Positions 1 to 11,157 of a stretch of 64,000 bases of DNA are shown here, in pieces; within the stretch, counting starts at the first letter, position 1, and the number at the start of each line of letters is the position of its first letter. The DNA comes from Rhynchopus sp. YZ270_cl-10 (Eukaryota): the NCBI GenBank assembly GCA_964035575.1, contig OZ037836.1, forward strand, positions 434,001-498,000, written 5' to 3'. The notes beneath the pieces are model-generated. The model saw only the letters and a list, made by a program, of their open reading frames with translations. It was not told the origin of the DNA and made no database searches. Position numbers and translations under genes: made by a program.

Positions 1-273
1 TATTTGGAAGAAATATTCGCCAGTTTTGTATTTTCATAACTTTTCAGTTTCTCTATCCTCAGCGATATGAAGCGCAAACACGCCGTTTTCAATTTAATTC
101 GCCGACCGATACTGACTCACGAAGTTGCTGTGTTAAAAACTCCTTCCCGCAAACCCACAAACCCACAAACGAGAAGGGAGCAACCATTTGGCTAGCTGGT
201 GTGGTTGATAGCAATATTGGTGTTAGTAATGTTCTGCTCGTATTTCTAAAAAATAAAACGTGTTCCCGTTTTT

Positions 274-2202
274 TTATCGTGGGTAGTATCTAGATCCAGT
301 TCCAGGTGATTCCAGGTTTCTCAGATTTGTCTGGCTGTTGATCAGCTGGAGCTTTTGTAGATTATCCAACACGAAGGAGAGTGCCTCAACGCGGTCCTTG
401 TCATTTATTTTTGACTCAGTCCCAGCGGCGGTGACCGTATTCGCCTTCTTCGTGAAGACACGCTTGCTGAGAGGCGTGGTGCACGTTAGGTCCTTCGCCA
501 GCGACAAGCAGAACATGATGTCCTCACCCTGCTTTGTGGCGAGCTGCCACTTCTTCTTTTCCTTCCCATCTGCCAAGCTATCGGGCTGATACGCTGTCTC
601 CAACTCTGAAAGGGCCTGTGGGTCGGCCACGCGTAGGGGGTGCGGTGTGAAGAAGGCATTGCGGCACTTGTCGACGTCGTACAGGATAGCCTGCTCCAAG
701 TGGGCGCTCATGCAAAAGGGTTCCTTCGGGGGGTACTTCCTGTGGGCCCAGCGTGCAGGGGAGCCCGCGGGGCACTTTGCTTCGCTTAAGATGGGAAGCC
801 ATTTTTCCACCAGGCCCCACACGCCAGGAACTGTAATTTTGTCGCCCCACTTCAGCTTCCACGTCAGCTGCCACTTCGGCTTCGGCTTCAGCTTCAACTT
901 CGGCTTCAGCTTCAGCTCTGGCTTCAGCTTCAGCTTCAGCTTCAGCTCTGGCTTCAGCTTCAACTTCGGCTTCGGCTTCAGCTCCGGCTTCAGCTCTGGC
1001 TTCAGCTCTGGCTTCAGCTCTGGCTTCAGCTCTGGCTTCAGCTCTGGCTTCAGCTCTGGCTTCAGCTCTGGCTTCAGCTCTGGCTTCAGCTCTGGCTTCA
1101 GCTCTGGCTTCAGCTTCAACTTCGGCTTCGGCTTCAGCTTCAGCTCTCGCTTCAGCTCAGGCGTGCACTCTGCGAACTCCTCAACGTTGTCATCAACCTG
1201 AAGCGCGTAGCGCACCCCCATGGGCCAGCACACTTCCTCGACGAAAGCCTTCATCACCTCACGGACCATGGGGATGCCGCGGCCACCCCACGGCAGCCGC
1301 ACGAGCACGTGGCGCGCAGGTGGACGCGGAGGATGCAGTGCAGACTGTGGAGACTTCCGAATCTGCCCAATACGTGTTCTAAACGCATCAACCTCGCCAG
1401 GCTCGCAGAAGACGATGACGGGGTACGGACACAACCCGTCGTCGCACCAGAGGTTCGGTTTGAAGTTCTCGTGGCGGCGATGCAGCACGGAGGGCACGCA
1501 CACAACAACTTTGTCCTCAAATTGCGCCGTGGCCTTGGTGAGAAACTGATTCATCGTTGAGGGAACATAAAACTTGAAATGATCACGCTGCCAGATGTGC
1601 GAAGTCTCCACCAGAGGCACGCCGTCGCATGTACGGCAGTCGTTCACAACCTTCTCGCCGAACTTGTTCCCAGCGGAATCAACAGCAGGTGTCAGTTCCT
1701 TCTTCTCAAGTCCCTCACCCATGCACGGAACGTCATCACGAACACTCTCTGCGATCGCGCCCACCTGGGTGATGTCCGAGTCTGGGATGCCAAGACAATT
1801 CTCCCGGGTAACACTGGTGTCAGAGTGCATATGGTTCGGTGCCTGGCCCCTGGCGAGCTCAAGTAATTTTTTTTGATTTCGGGTCATTTTGCGGGGCTTC
1901 GTTCCCACGTCAAGACCTCTGAAACTCTCTGGTGTCATGTCGGTATCACCCAAGTCACGAAGAGCTGCAATGGCGTCGTCCTTCTGCGACTTCGTCTTCG
2001 TCAGCACAACTGTGTCCCCAGCACTCAGCTGCGTGATGTAGTCTCCTGCGGCCAGAACCTTCCCTCCCAAGCTCATGTCAAAGCCGTCTTCGCACAACTC
2101 TGCTGCAGACGCCACCTTCCGCCGTATGTCCGCAGTTGTATCATCCACACCCACCTCGACTGTGTACTTCTCTCTGTCTGAGCTTTCAACGCATATTTCC
2201 AT
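274..2202 (-). CDS. Ubl-domain protein fused to a putative GT-A glycosyltransferase (GREB1/TAGT/JGT-like), with an inserted KPEL low-complexity tract
   Basis: 642-aa ORF. The first ~85 aa are nearly identical to the N-terminus of the neighbouring Ubl-LRR genes. The C-terminal half has VVVCVPS...VIVFCEPGE...VLVRLPWGGRGIPMVRE...YALQVDDNV...QAILYD...GEDIMF, a motif order resembling TET/JBP-associated glycosyltransferases (recognised by eye). Confidence 0.7.
   Translation of the reverse strand: MEICVESSDREKYTVEVGVDDTTADIRRKVASAAELCEDGFDMSLGGKVLAAGDYITQLSAGDTVVLTKTKSQKDDAIAALRDLGDTDMTPESFRGLDVGTKPRKMTRNQKKLLELARGQAPNHMHSDTSVTRENCLGIPDSDITQVGAIAESVRDDVPCMGEGLEKKELTPAVDSAGNKFGEKVVNDCRTCDGVPLVETSHIWQRDHFKFYVPSTMNQFLTKATAQFEDKVVVCVPSVLHRRHENFKPNLWCDDGLCPYPVIVFCEPGEVDAFRTRIGQIRKSPQSALHPPRPPARHVLVRLPWGGRGIPMVREVMKAFVEEVCWPMGVRYALQVDDNVEEFAECTPELKRELKLKPKPKLKLKPELKPELKPELKPELKPELKPELKPELKPELKPELKPELKPELKPKPKLKLKPELKLKLKLKPELKLKPKLKLKPKPKWQLTWKLKWGDKITVPGVWGLVEKWLPILSEAKCPAGSPARWAHRKYPPKEPFCMSAHLEQAILYDVDKCRNAFFTPHPLRVADPQALSELETAYQPDSLADGKEKKKWQLATKQGEDIMFCLSLAKDLTCTTPLSKRVFTKKANTVTAAGTESKINDKDRVEALSFVLDNLQKLQLINSQTNLRNLESPGTGSRYYPR
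874..1158. repeat. Coding minisatellite, 12-bp unit CTTCAGCTCTGG with 6-bp variants, encoding (KPEL)n/(KL)n
   Basis: Directly visible tandem array inside ORF 274-2202. Confidence 0.95.
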
Positions 2203-2439
2203 GGTTTTGTGTCTCTCTGTTTTGTGCAGGTGTTTTCAATTGGGGGTAAGAGTACGCAAGAGACAACAAACAGTTAGGGAGAGGTCTTTTGCTAATAAAA
2301 ATGATCATCCAGATGTGGTGAAACGCCATAAACTCCACAACCCCTACAAAGATACTCCGCAAGCCATGCATAGTGGGCAAGACAAAGCAACCAAAAGAGG
2401 AAGAGGACAACTTGCAAGTGTGCAGAAGAGTGTTTGGAA

Positions 2440-3700
2440 GCTAAGGGTACGTCGCATCCAGCCCTATTTTCAGACGCCAAAAGACTTCTCGTAACAGTGT
2501 ACCTTTCTACATGACCGGGTGTACCGGGGGTGGACACCCAACCATGCTGTCCTACATTTAGAGATAAACAACACAACTGTGCTGCTGCACGTGCGTCAGG
2601 TGACATTGACGATGCGTGGGAAGCGATCGCATTGGCTGGGGAAGAGTTTCTCCTGCTCGCGGCAAAGGAAGCTGGTGACACGCTCTCCAAAGGGTTCTGT
2701 GGCCGCTCCAAGATTCCCCATCCTGTGTTGAAACCTGTGTGTGCACCTACACGACCGGCGTCTGTTGGTGGGTCTTCCCCCCGACAGGACCAACTTGCCA
2801 AATTTGAATACAAGCTCACGGATCTCATTTCAAAGACAGAATCTTGTCCTGGTGGGGTGATGGAGAATCCTGTGCGCAATGCCTGGGGTACAGTGTTCCG
2901 CACCGCAATTACGCTCAAGCTGCTGAGGTCTGGAGGAGACGACAATCCCACTCTCGCTCGAAAAGCGACGAGCGACTACAGATCCTTAACTCTGGCAGCT
3001 ACGCGATGAGCTGAGGAAAAGTGGAGTCACGGTGGAGGTGGTGCACCTCTACGAGGAGACGGGCAAGCTGGAGAACGCACTGCGAGCCACAGTCATCAAA
3101 GGTTAAGACGAAAAAAGAGTCAGGAGGGCACCGAGAAGGCTGAGGTCATCGAAGTCGCGATCTCGCTCCAGGCCTCCCGCCCGTGGTACCGTGGTGGAGG
3201 AGGAGGCCGTCCACGACTACCCCCATTCCTCATCGGACGAGGGTGAGGTGGTGGAACCCACTGTTCCCGTGGTCGGAAGTTGATGCGCCCGAAGCCGAAG
3301 ACCCACAGCCCCCCCAAGAAGCGCAAGACGGACGACAAGGGTCCGCTCGGTGTGTCGGTGGCGGCGTGGAAACGGTACGGCGAGGCACCCGTGGCTGGAC
3401 GTCGACAACGCGGCGTGCAGGGTGTGCAAACCAAAGAAGGTTTTCAAAAACGCCAGTGGCGTGGGACAGAGGGAGTACGCCGGCTGTCGGAGGTTGGCTG
3501 TTGCGGTGATGCGTGCGGACAGAGACCGCTACACGCAGCATGTGGAGGGGCACGTCGAGGTGTACCTCGGAAGGATGGAGTCGCAGGGGTGCTGTGGGGT
3601 GCATCAACTTTGAAAGATGAATGTACCTTTCGTGCATTCTCAGCACAGTTGCAGCACAGCAGCGTTGTTTTGCGCCAAGAGGAATGGCTAGGTAGGTCTG
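2440..3700 (+). pseudogene. Decayed GC-rich coding-like segment, probably a transposable-element remnant
   Basis: Broken ORFs, including HPWL..CRVCKPKK (Zn-finger-like). Segment 2995-3053 recurs at 7693-7753, next to an RT remnant. Confidence 0.35.
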
Positions 3701-4191
3701 TGTGGTGTGCAAAGATACAACACACACAGTTACAAAGGGGTGCCAAGGAGGGGAGAGGTCCTTTTTGTTTTCCTCTTATTTATTTTCAAAGCTTCGGTGT
3801 AACACTCTGTCCTCCTTCTCCCCACCCCCGCCACACCACACATCTTCATCCCTTTGTCTTCCCTCCCCCTCCTCCCCCTACTCCCCACTCCCTTCCCTCC
3901 CTATTTTGCTTCACATAGCTGCTCACATGACACTGCCGTCATAGCATCATATGATAGTGTCACTGTCTCGAGAGAGGGAGACCTACATGCATTATAGTTG
4001 ACCCCTTGTATCCCCTCACAAAGCGTCGCCCACGTCGTTGATTCCTCTACAACGGTGCCGTTGCACGTCGCACGGTGCTGCAAAGAAGGTCGAGCGTGTC
4101 GAGCACCACAAACACGTTGACAAACGCCATCGAATGCTCTACAGTTCAACAGGGTAACGAGCAGCTTGCCTCGGGCGTGATGCACAGTGCC

Positions 4192-5031
4192 TTACATGCA
4201 TACACATTTTCCCCTGAAGCTACGGCTTTTCACATATTCTGACACAACTCTGCTCGATCCTGCAACGTTGATGCTGCTATTACGTATTTTGCATCCTTTT
4301 AGGAAGCCTTTCTCAATGTTCTGCACACTCTCCCACCCGGATAAGTTAAGTGTTTTCAATGCACTGCAGTTGAAGAGGAAGGCCTCCCCAACCTGCGTCA
4401 CGTTGCTCCACCCAGTCATGTTAAGGGTTTGCAATGCTGGACAGTTGGCGAGGAAGAAGTCCTCTATTTGCGTCACATTTCTCCACCCAGATAAGTCGAC
4501 AGTGTGCAATGCGTTGCAGCTGTCCAGAAAGAAGCCCTCTATATGCGTCACATTGTACCACCCAGATAAATCAATAGTGTGCAATGCGTTGCAGTGGGCA
4601 AGAACGTGGCTGCTCACCCTAGTGACGCCTGTGGCACCACTGAGATCAAGTACCTCGAACGTGCCACCTTGCAAGTACCCGTAGAGGATCTCAGTAACAA
4701 CCTCCGCCTGCAGAAACAAATGAATCAGCTTGGGATCTGTCAGACCGTTGAACACCGGTGGCGTCAGCCATGTCTCACCCAAGTCACGAAGAGCTGCAAT
4801 GGCGTCGTCCTTCTGCGACTTCGTCTTCGTCAGCACAACTGTGTCCCCAGCACTCAGCTGTGTCGTGTCGTCTCCTTCGGCCAGCAGCTTCCCTCCGAAG
4901 CTCATGTCAAAGCCGTCTTCGCGCAACTCTGCTGCAGTCGCCACCTTCCGCCGTATGTCCGCAGTTGTATCATCCACACCCACCTCGACTGTGTACTTCT
5001 CTCCGTCAAAGCTCTTCACACATATTTCCAT
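4192..5031 (-). CDS. Ubl-LRR-CaaX protein, copy A (279 aa, 5 LRRs of 25 aa, ends RGKCVCM)
   Basis: ATG of MEICV at 5031. Ubl-like N-terminus; repeats LxTxDLSGWxNVTxIxxxFLxxC (BspA/LRR_5-like); C-terminal CaaX motif. Confidence 0.88.
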   Translation of the reverse strand: MEICVKSFDGEKYTVEVGVDDTTADIRRKVATAAELREDGFDMSFGGKLLAEGDDTTQLSAGDTVVLTKTKSQKDDAIAALRDLGETWLTPPVFNGLTDPKLIHLFLQAEVVTEILYGYLQGGTFEVLDLSGATGVTRVSSHVLAHCNALHTIDLSGWYNVTHIEGFFLDSCNALHTVDLSGWRNVTQIEDFFLANCPALQTLNMTGWSNVTQVGEAFLFNCSALKTLNLSGWESVQNIEKGFLKGCKIRNSSINVAGSSRVVSEYVKSRSFRGKCVCM

Positions 5032-6007
5032 GGTTTTGTGTCTCTCTGTTTTGTGCAAGGTGTTTTGGGGGTAAGAAGAAGAATCAAGCACAGGACACGT
5101 TGATCAGTCACGTCGCTCGACACTCCTGCTGATGCCCTTGCAACGTGAAGTGTGTTGCGTACTGGCTGTGTGTGTGTGGTGTGCAAGAGATAGAACAAAC
5201 AGTTACAAAAGGGAGAGGTCTTTTGTTTTTTTGAAAGCTTCGTTGTATTAGTGTGGACACCCAAGGATGTGCTCCACTATGTGTTCCTTTTCAACGTGGC
5301 CACCATTCTTTGGTTCACTTGCCCTGCTGAGGCAGAGTGGCTGTTCTTCAGTTTTGTATTTTCATGACTTTTCAGTTTCTCTATCCTCAGAGAGGACCTC
5401 TGCGATATGACGCGCAAACACGCCGTTTTCAATTTGATTCGCAGACCGATACTGACTCACGAAGTTGCTGTGTCAAAAAACACCTTCCTCTGCGAGGCGG
5501 GATACCACAGCGACAACGTCTATCACTCATGCGCCTATGAGTTGCTCAATGGCGTCATGGCTTTTATCATGACTACAGGGGTCCAACCCTGCACATTGTT
5601 CTCACAACACAAAATCTGAACAGACACAAATGAAGCGAGAAAAACAGAAATATTTACGCACACACTCTGTTGTCTAAACACGGGGGGTAAAAACAGCAAA
5701 ACAGAATATTTGTAGAGTGGCTGAAATGTTGAACACTGAAATACAAAGGTTTGGGTCTGAATAGCGTGGCTTCTTCTGGTGGTTGAAAATACTTATATTT
5801 CATTGCATTTTGAAACAATGTAAAATTCTTCTCGAAATTGTTCAAGATTGAACTGAGAGAAAGAAGAAACCCCAAACCCTCCCAGACCAAACGGTCTAAC
5901 ATGTTGTATTGATATAGTGTGGGGGTGAAGTGAGGAGCACGAGAATCGTCTTCGCGCTTTTCTTTAGTATTTTGTGACATATGCACACAAGTGCGGAACG
6001 TGCTGCC

Positions 6008-7195
6008 TCACATGCACACACATTTGCGCTTTGTCTTCTTGAGATCAGGCCTCTGCACGACGTCGCTTGCCTCATCGTCCATGAGGACACTGTGCACATG
6101 TTCTGACACAACACTGCTCGATCCGGTGATGTTGATGCTGCTTGGCCGCATCCTGCTTTCGTTAAGTGCTCCATTCCCAATGTGCTGCACACTAGCCCAC
6201 CCAGACAGGTCAAGTGTTCTCAACTCACGGCAGTTGGAGATGAACCAGTCTCCAATGCGTGTTACATTGCTCCACCCAGACAAGTTAAGACTGGTCAATG
6301 CGCTGCAGTTGGAGAGGAAGTAGTCATCAATACCGGCCACATCGTTCCACCCAGACAAGTCCAGTGTGGTCAATGAGGTGCAGTTGGAGAGGAAGTACCT
6401 CCCTATTTCCGTTACATTGATCCACCCAGATACATCAACGGTTCGCAATGCGCTGCAGTTGTAGAGAAAAGCGCACTGAATAAGCGTTACACTGTTCCAC
6501 CCAGAGATGTTAAGTGTCGTCAACGCGCTGCAGTTGTCGAGGAACGAATCCCCTATTTGCGATACACTGTTCCACCCAGATATATCAAGTGTGGTCAGAG
6601 ACCTGCAGTTGTAGAGGAACGAGTTCTCAATGCGCGGCACATGGTTCCACCCAGATAAATCAAGTGTTCGCAATCCGTTGCAGTTGAAGAGGAATGCATA
6701 CTCAATGTGCGTCACATTGCTCCACCCAGATAAATCAGCAGTGTGCAATGAGCTGCACTCGGAGAGGAAGTTGTCGCGTATTTTGGTCACACCTGTCACA
6801 CCACTGAGATCAAGTGCTTCGAACGTGCCACCTGACAAGAAGCCATTTGGGATCTCAGTAACAACTTCTGCCTGCAGAAACAAACGAATCAGCTTGGGAT
6901 CTGTCAGATCTTCGAACTTGTCTGGCGTCAGCCTTGTCTCACCCAAGTCACGAAGAGCTGCAATGGCGTCGTCCTTCTGCGACTTCGTCTTCGTCAGCAC
7001 AACTGTGTCCCCAGCACTCAGCTGCGTGATGTCGTCTCCTTCGGCCAGCAGCTTCCCTCCGAAGCTCATGTCAAAGCCGTCTTCGCGCAACTCTGCTGCA
7101 GACGCCACCTTCCGCCGTATGTCCGCAGTTGTATCATCCACACCCACATCGACTGTGTACTTCTCTCCGTCAAAGCTCTTCACACATATTTCCAT
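6008..7195 (-). CDS. Ubl-LRR-CaaX protein, copy B (395 aa, 9 LRRs, ends KKTKRKCVCM)
   Basis: Intact ORF with the same architecture as copy A. Confidence 0.9.
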   Translation of the reverse strand: MEICVKSFDGEKYTVDVGVDDTTADIRRKVASAAELREDGFDMSFGGKLLAEGDDITQLSAGDTVVLTKTKSQKDDAIAALRDLGETRLTPDKFEDLTDPKLIRLFLQAEVVTEIPNGFLSGGTFEALDLSGVTGVTKIRDNFLSECSSLHTADLSGWSNVTHIEYAFLFNCNGLRTLDLSGWNHVPRIENSFLYNCRSLTTLDISGWNSVSQIGDSFLDNCSALTTLNISGWNSVTLIQCAFLYNCSALRTVDVSGWINVTEIGRYFLSNCTSLTTLDLSGWNDVAGIDDYFLSNCSALTSLNLSGWSNVTRIGDWFISNCRELRTLDLSGWASVQHIGNGALNESRMRPSSINITGSSSVVSEHVHSVLMDDEASDVVQRPDLKKTKRKCVCM

Positions 7196-7829
7196 GGTTT
7201 TGTGTCTCTCTGTTTGAGGTGTTTTGGGGCAGGAAGAAGCAACAAAAACAGGGTACAGGTGTGTCTAGATACGTAGTACAGGTAGCACCCACTTTGACTT
7301 CGTCATGAAATTGAAACAACGCTGAAGATGAAATATCCACTAAGACGATATAGGTATGTGGCAACACTTCAGTTATCCTCTGCGATATGACGCGCACACC
7401 GTTTTCACTTTGATTCGCACACCGATACTCTGGAGGGAAACAGAAGCATTCTGCTCATGGTATACCAAGGGCTGTCAGTGGATCTGTTCCACAAAACGAA
7501 ACACCCCCTCCCACCCCTGCTCTACTTAGCCGCGAGTCGTTTGTTGATCGCATCCAGCACTTTTTTCAAACCCCAAAAGACGTCCTGCACCTTTTTACAG
7601 GACCTGCTGTACTGGGTGGATACCCCAACCATGCAGTCCTACGTCCATTTCGTGGTATACATCTGATATGAGAAAGACGGCAGTGGGTACAGGCAGCTAC
7701 GCGATGAGCTGAGGAAAAAGGGAGTCACGGTGGAGGTGGTGCACCTCTACGAGTCTGAGAGCCACCGTCATCAATGGCTCTGAAGGGGAAGGAGTCACGA
7801 GGGCGTCTGGATGCACGCACAGGAGAGGG

Positions 7830-8106
7830 CAGCGCTGGTGGACGCGGGGAGTTGGCACTGCACAAGAGACGACTTCTACCTCACGGCCCTCTTGGTAGAA
7901 AAAGCGACGGTGTCAGAGACAGCACTGAGGGGAGTCTTTCTGGACATAAAGAACTGCTTCGACTCCATCCCTTTGGACCATAACCTTCACACTCGTAGAG
8001 AAGATGGGGATGCCCCATGAAAAGCATGTATCTGGACCTGCAGAGACGCTTCAAGCTGTATGGTGCAGTCGGGGAGGAGTTCAAGGCGAAAAACGGCATA
8101 CTGCAC
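7830..8106 (+). pseudogene. Non-LTR retrotransposon reverse transcriptase remnant
   Basis: GVFLDIKNCFDSIP matches the RT D..kaFD motif. After a frameshift, MYLDLQRRFKLYGAVGEEFKAKNGIL matches the lead-in to the G..QG motif. Confidence 0.7.
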
Positions 8107-8372
8107 GTAATGCCCTTGCAACGTGAAGTGTGTTGCGTACTGGCTGTGTGTGTGTGTGTGTGGTGTGCAAGAGACAACAACAATTACAAAGGGGAGAGAG
8201 GTCTTTTGTTTTAAACATTTTGGACGCTTGGATGTATTAGTGTGGACACCCGAGGATGTGCATGTCCACTGCGCCTTGTTGTTACAATAAATGACAATTC
8301 GGAAAAACGGTTTTTCCGTGTAACATAGGGGGTGGGGAGCCTCAGTAGCACTGGGGAGGGGGGGGACCTCAG

Positions 8373-8964
8373 CAGTGCTGTAAGAATACGTAAGAATACG
8401 TTGATTTTCAGAATTGTGGATCCGTATCCCTTGTTTTCTGGATTACCCCCACCCCATACCCCACCCAACATAAGACAAAACTCGGTACAGAGCGTGTGGG
8501 AGAGACAGCTGCGGGGTCTTGTTTGCACGATGTTGCAGGGAGCTGGAGGACTGTGACTCTTGCTAAAACTTGCTGGACTGGGACTCTTGCTCGTACAGTG
8601 ACTCTCTCACTTCACCCTCTCTGTCCTGACTCACGCCCCTCTGCTCACGGTGCTCCCTGCACTACCCCAACTCCACCGGGGTACTAGCGACAAGTGCGCC
8701 ATACTTGTCTCGTGTCCGAAATCACTTACCTTGAAAAAGAAGACAGAGGGCCTCGAGGCGAGTACTTCGCTGCTGTTGCACAGTGAAGGTGGGAAGCATC
8801 CCAAAACAACAACGTAACACTAGCCGTACTGCGTGATGCTGGGTGAGTGTCGCTGGTTGTGAGGACTCCCCTGTACTTTTTGACCTTACGTATTCTTACG
8901 TATTATTAGTAAAAAAAAATGAAAAAGTGGATACGGATACGTATCCCGTATTCTTACAGCACTG
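8373..8964. mobile_element. Non-autonomous TIR element (MITE)
   Basis: Perfect 18-bp TIRs CAGTGCTGTAAGAATACG / CGTATTCTTACAGCACTG. No clear TSD. Confidence 0.7.
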
Positions 8965-9910
8965 CCCTAGAGGGGGGGGTCACCGGGAAAAATGGTTTAT
9001 TGTTACTTTGTGACATTAAAAGGAAAAACGAGCCTTCCCTTTTCAGTTTCTCTATCCTCTGCGATATGACGCGCAAACACGCCGTTTTCAATTTGATTCG
9101 CAGACCGATACTGACTCACGAAGTTGCTGTGTCAAAAACACCTTCCTCTCCACTGTATAGCGCGAAGCCTCCCAGACCAAACGGTCTAACATGTTGCATT
9201 GATATAGTGTGGGGGAGAAGTGAGGAGCACGAGAATCGTTTTCGTATTACAGTGAGACAACAAACAGCGGAGGGGTAAAAACCCCTCCTTAGAGTTTTGA
9301 AATACCAAAATCCACCTTAGGTTTTACCCCACCTATGTTCCGACGCCACCGGTGTTTTTACCAGTGGACATGATATTTTGGGTCAACATGGAAAATATGG
9401 GGAAATGAGGTGAGTGCACAATAAACATACTTGGACCGCCCGAAATATATTTCACGTTTTCACGTTTTTGGGCATCTCCTGAGCAACTACAGGCCCGAAA
9501 CACCCCGAGAATGACCCTGTGACCCGAAAATTCACAAAAATTCACCCTGAAATACGAAAAAATAGTGAAAACCCGGTTCATAGTGTGTTTTGGGTGGGAA
9601 TAAGCAAATGATAGTCAGAAACCCGTGATTTGGTGGTGATTCTCACGGGCCTCCAAAGTGCACTCAGGTGTACAAAAGTTTTCGATTATTGCTTATTTTG
9701 ACAGATTTGACATCAAATATTTCCAAATATAAAAAGCTTATTGCGAAAATGAGTAGAACCCTACCTAGTCGGTTTTCACTAAGGAAAAAGCGCCCAAATT
9801 CACCCGAAATCTGCATTTCGGGCAACTTCGGGCGTTTTCGGGCGCACAAAATCGCCCGAAATCCGCCCGAAATGCCCGAAATATATTTCGGGCGGTCCAA
9901 GTATGAATAA

Positions 9911-10020
9911 AGACACACACATTTGCACTTGGTATCGTCCACGAGGCCACCGCCATACTCATGCACACATTCTGACAGTGTGTACTTCTCTCCGTCAAAG
10001 CTCTCCACACATATTTCCAT
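9911..10020 (-). pseudogene. Internally deleted Ubl-LRR-CaaX copy
   Basis: MEICVESFDGEKYT is joined directly to SECVH..DDTKCKCVC. The family upstream region is intact at 10021-10420. Confidence 0.8.
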
Positions 10021-10530
10021 GGTTTCGTGTCTCTCTGTTTCGTGCAAGGTGTTTTGGGGGTAAGAAGAAGAATCAAGCACAGGACACATTGATCAGTCAA
10101 GTCGCTCGACACTCCTGCTAATGCCCTTGCAACGTGAAGTGTGTTGCGTACTGGCTGTGTGTGTGTGTGGTGTGCAAGAGACAACAAACAGTTACAAGGG
10201 GAGAGGTCTTTTGTTTTGAACATTTTGAAAGCTTGGATGTATTAGTGTGGACACCCGAGGATGTGCTCCACTATGTGTTCCTTGTGAACTTGGCACCATA
10301 CTTTTGTTATTTGCAAGACTTTTCAGTTTCTCTATCCTCTGCGATATGAAGCGCAAACACGCCGTTTTCAATTTGATTCGCAGACCGATACTGACTCACG
10401 AAGTTGCTGTGTCAAAAAACACCTTCATCTCCACTGTATAGCGCGAAGCCTCCCAGACCAAACGGTCTAACATGTTGCATTGATATAGTGTGGGGGAGAA
10501 GTGAGGAGCACGAGAATCGTTTTCGTATTA

Positions 10531-10633
10531 CAGTGAGACAACAAACAGCGGAGGGGTAAAAACCCCTCCTTAGAGTTTTGAAATACCAAAATCCACCTTA
10601 GTTTTTACCCCGCCGGTGTTTGTTGTCTTACTG
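10531..10633. mobile_element. Tc1/mariner-like MITE (~103 bp)
   Basis: TA|CAGTGAGACAACAAAC ... GTTTTGTTGTCTTACTG|TA. A partial copy lies at ~9250-9345. Confidence 0.65.
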
Positions 10634-11157
10634 TAACAAGAAAATTTCCTAACATATGTCACAAGTGTCATGTCTCCGAAATTGAAACCGCACCCTACTT
10701 TTCCTTTTTATGTTTTTCCCTCACCCCCGAAAACAATAAAGCAATAAAAACAATAAAGACAAAAGGGAGAGGTTGTGGTGAAACGCACACACCTCGACCT
10801 GTCGGTGAAATGTGGCTCTACTCAAACCCGCCCCGGATTAGAAAAATGGAAAAAAGGATGGGAGTAGGGTACGGTGTTCAATTTCCTTTTAGCATTGCAT
10901 GGATTCATAAAAAAACAAAAAGACATTCGAATCATGTCCCACCACAAAGCATTTGTCTTCATTTAGTATAAAACGACAACATGCTTGGTTGTATCAGTGT
11001 ACGCACGCGAAAATGCAAAGAACTGTGCATAAAACAGAAACATCTCCAGTTTCATATTTTTAGGGGCAAAGTGCAACGTGCAATGTAACATTCGTTCTCT
11101 GAACATCGCAATGAGCGCCTAGCCTCTCGAAAGATGCATTGCAATGGACGTGCTGTC

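Noticed and set aside
647..1201. (FSSG)n ORF resembling FG-repeat proteins
   Set aside because: Antisense reading of the KPEL minisatellite.
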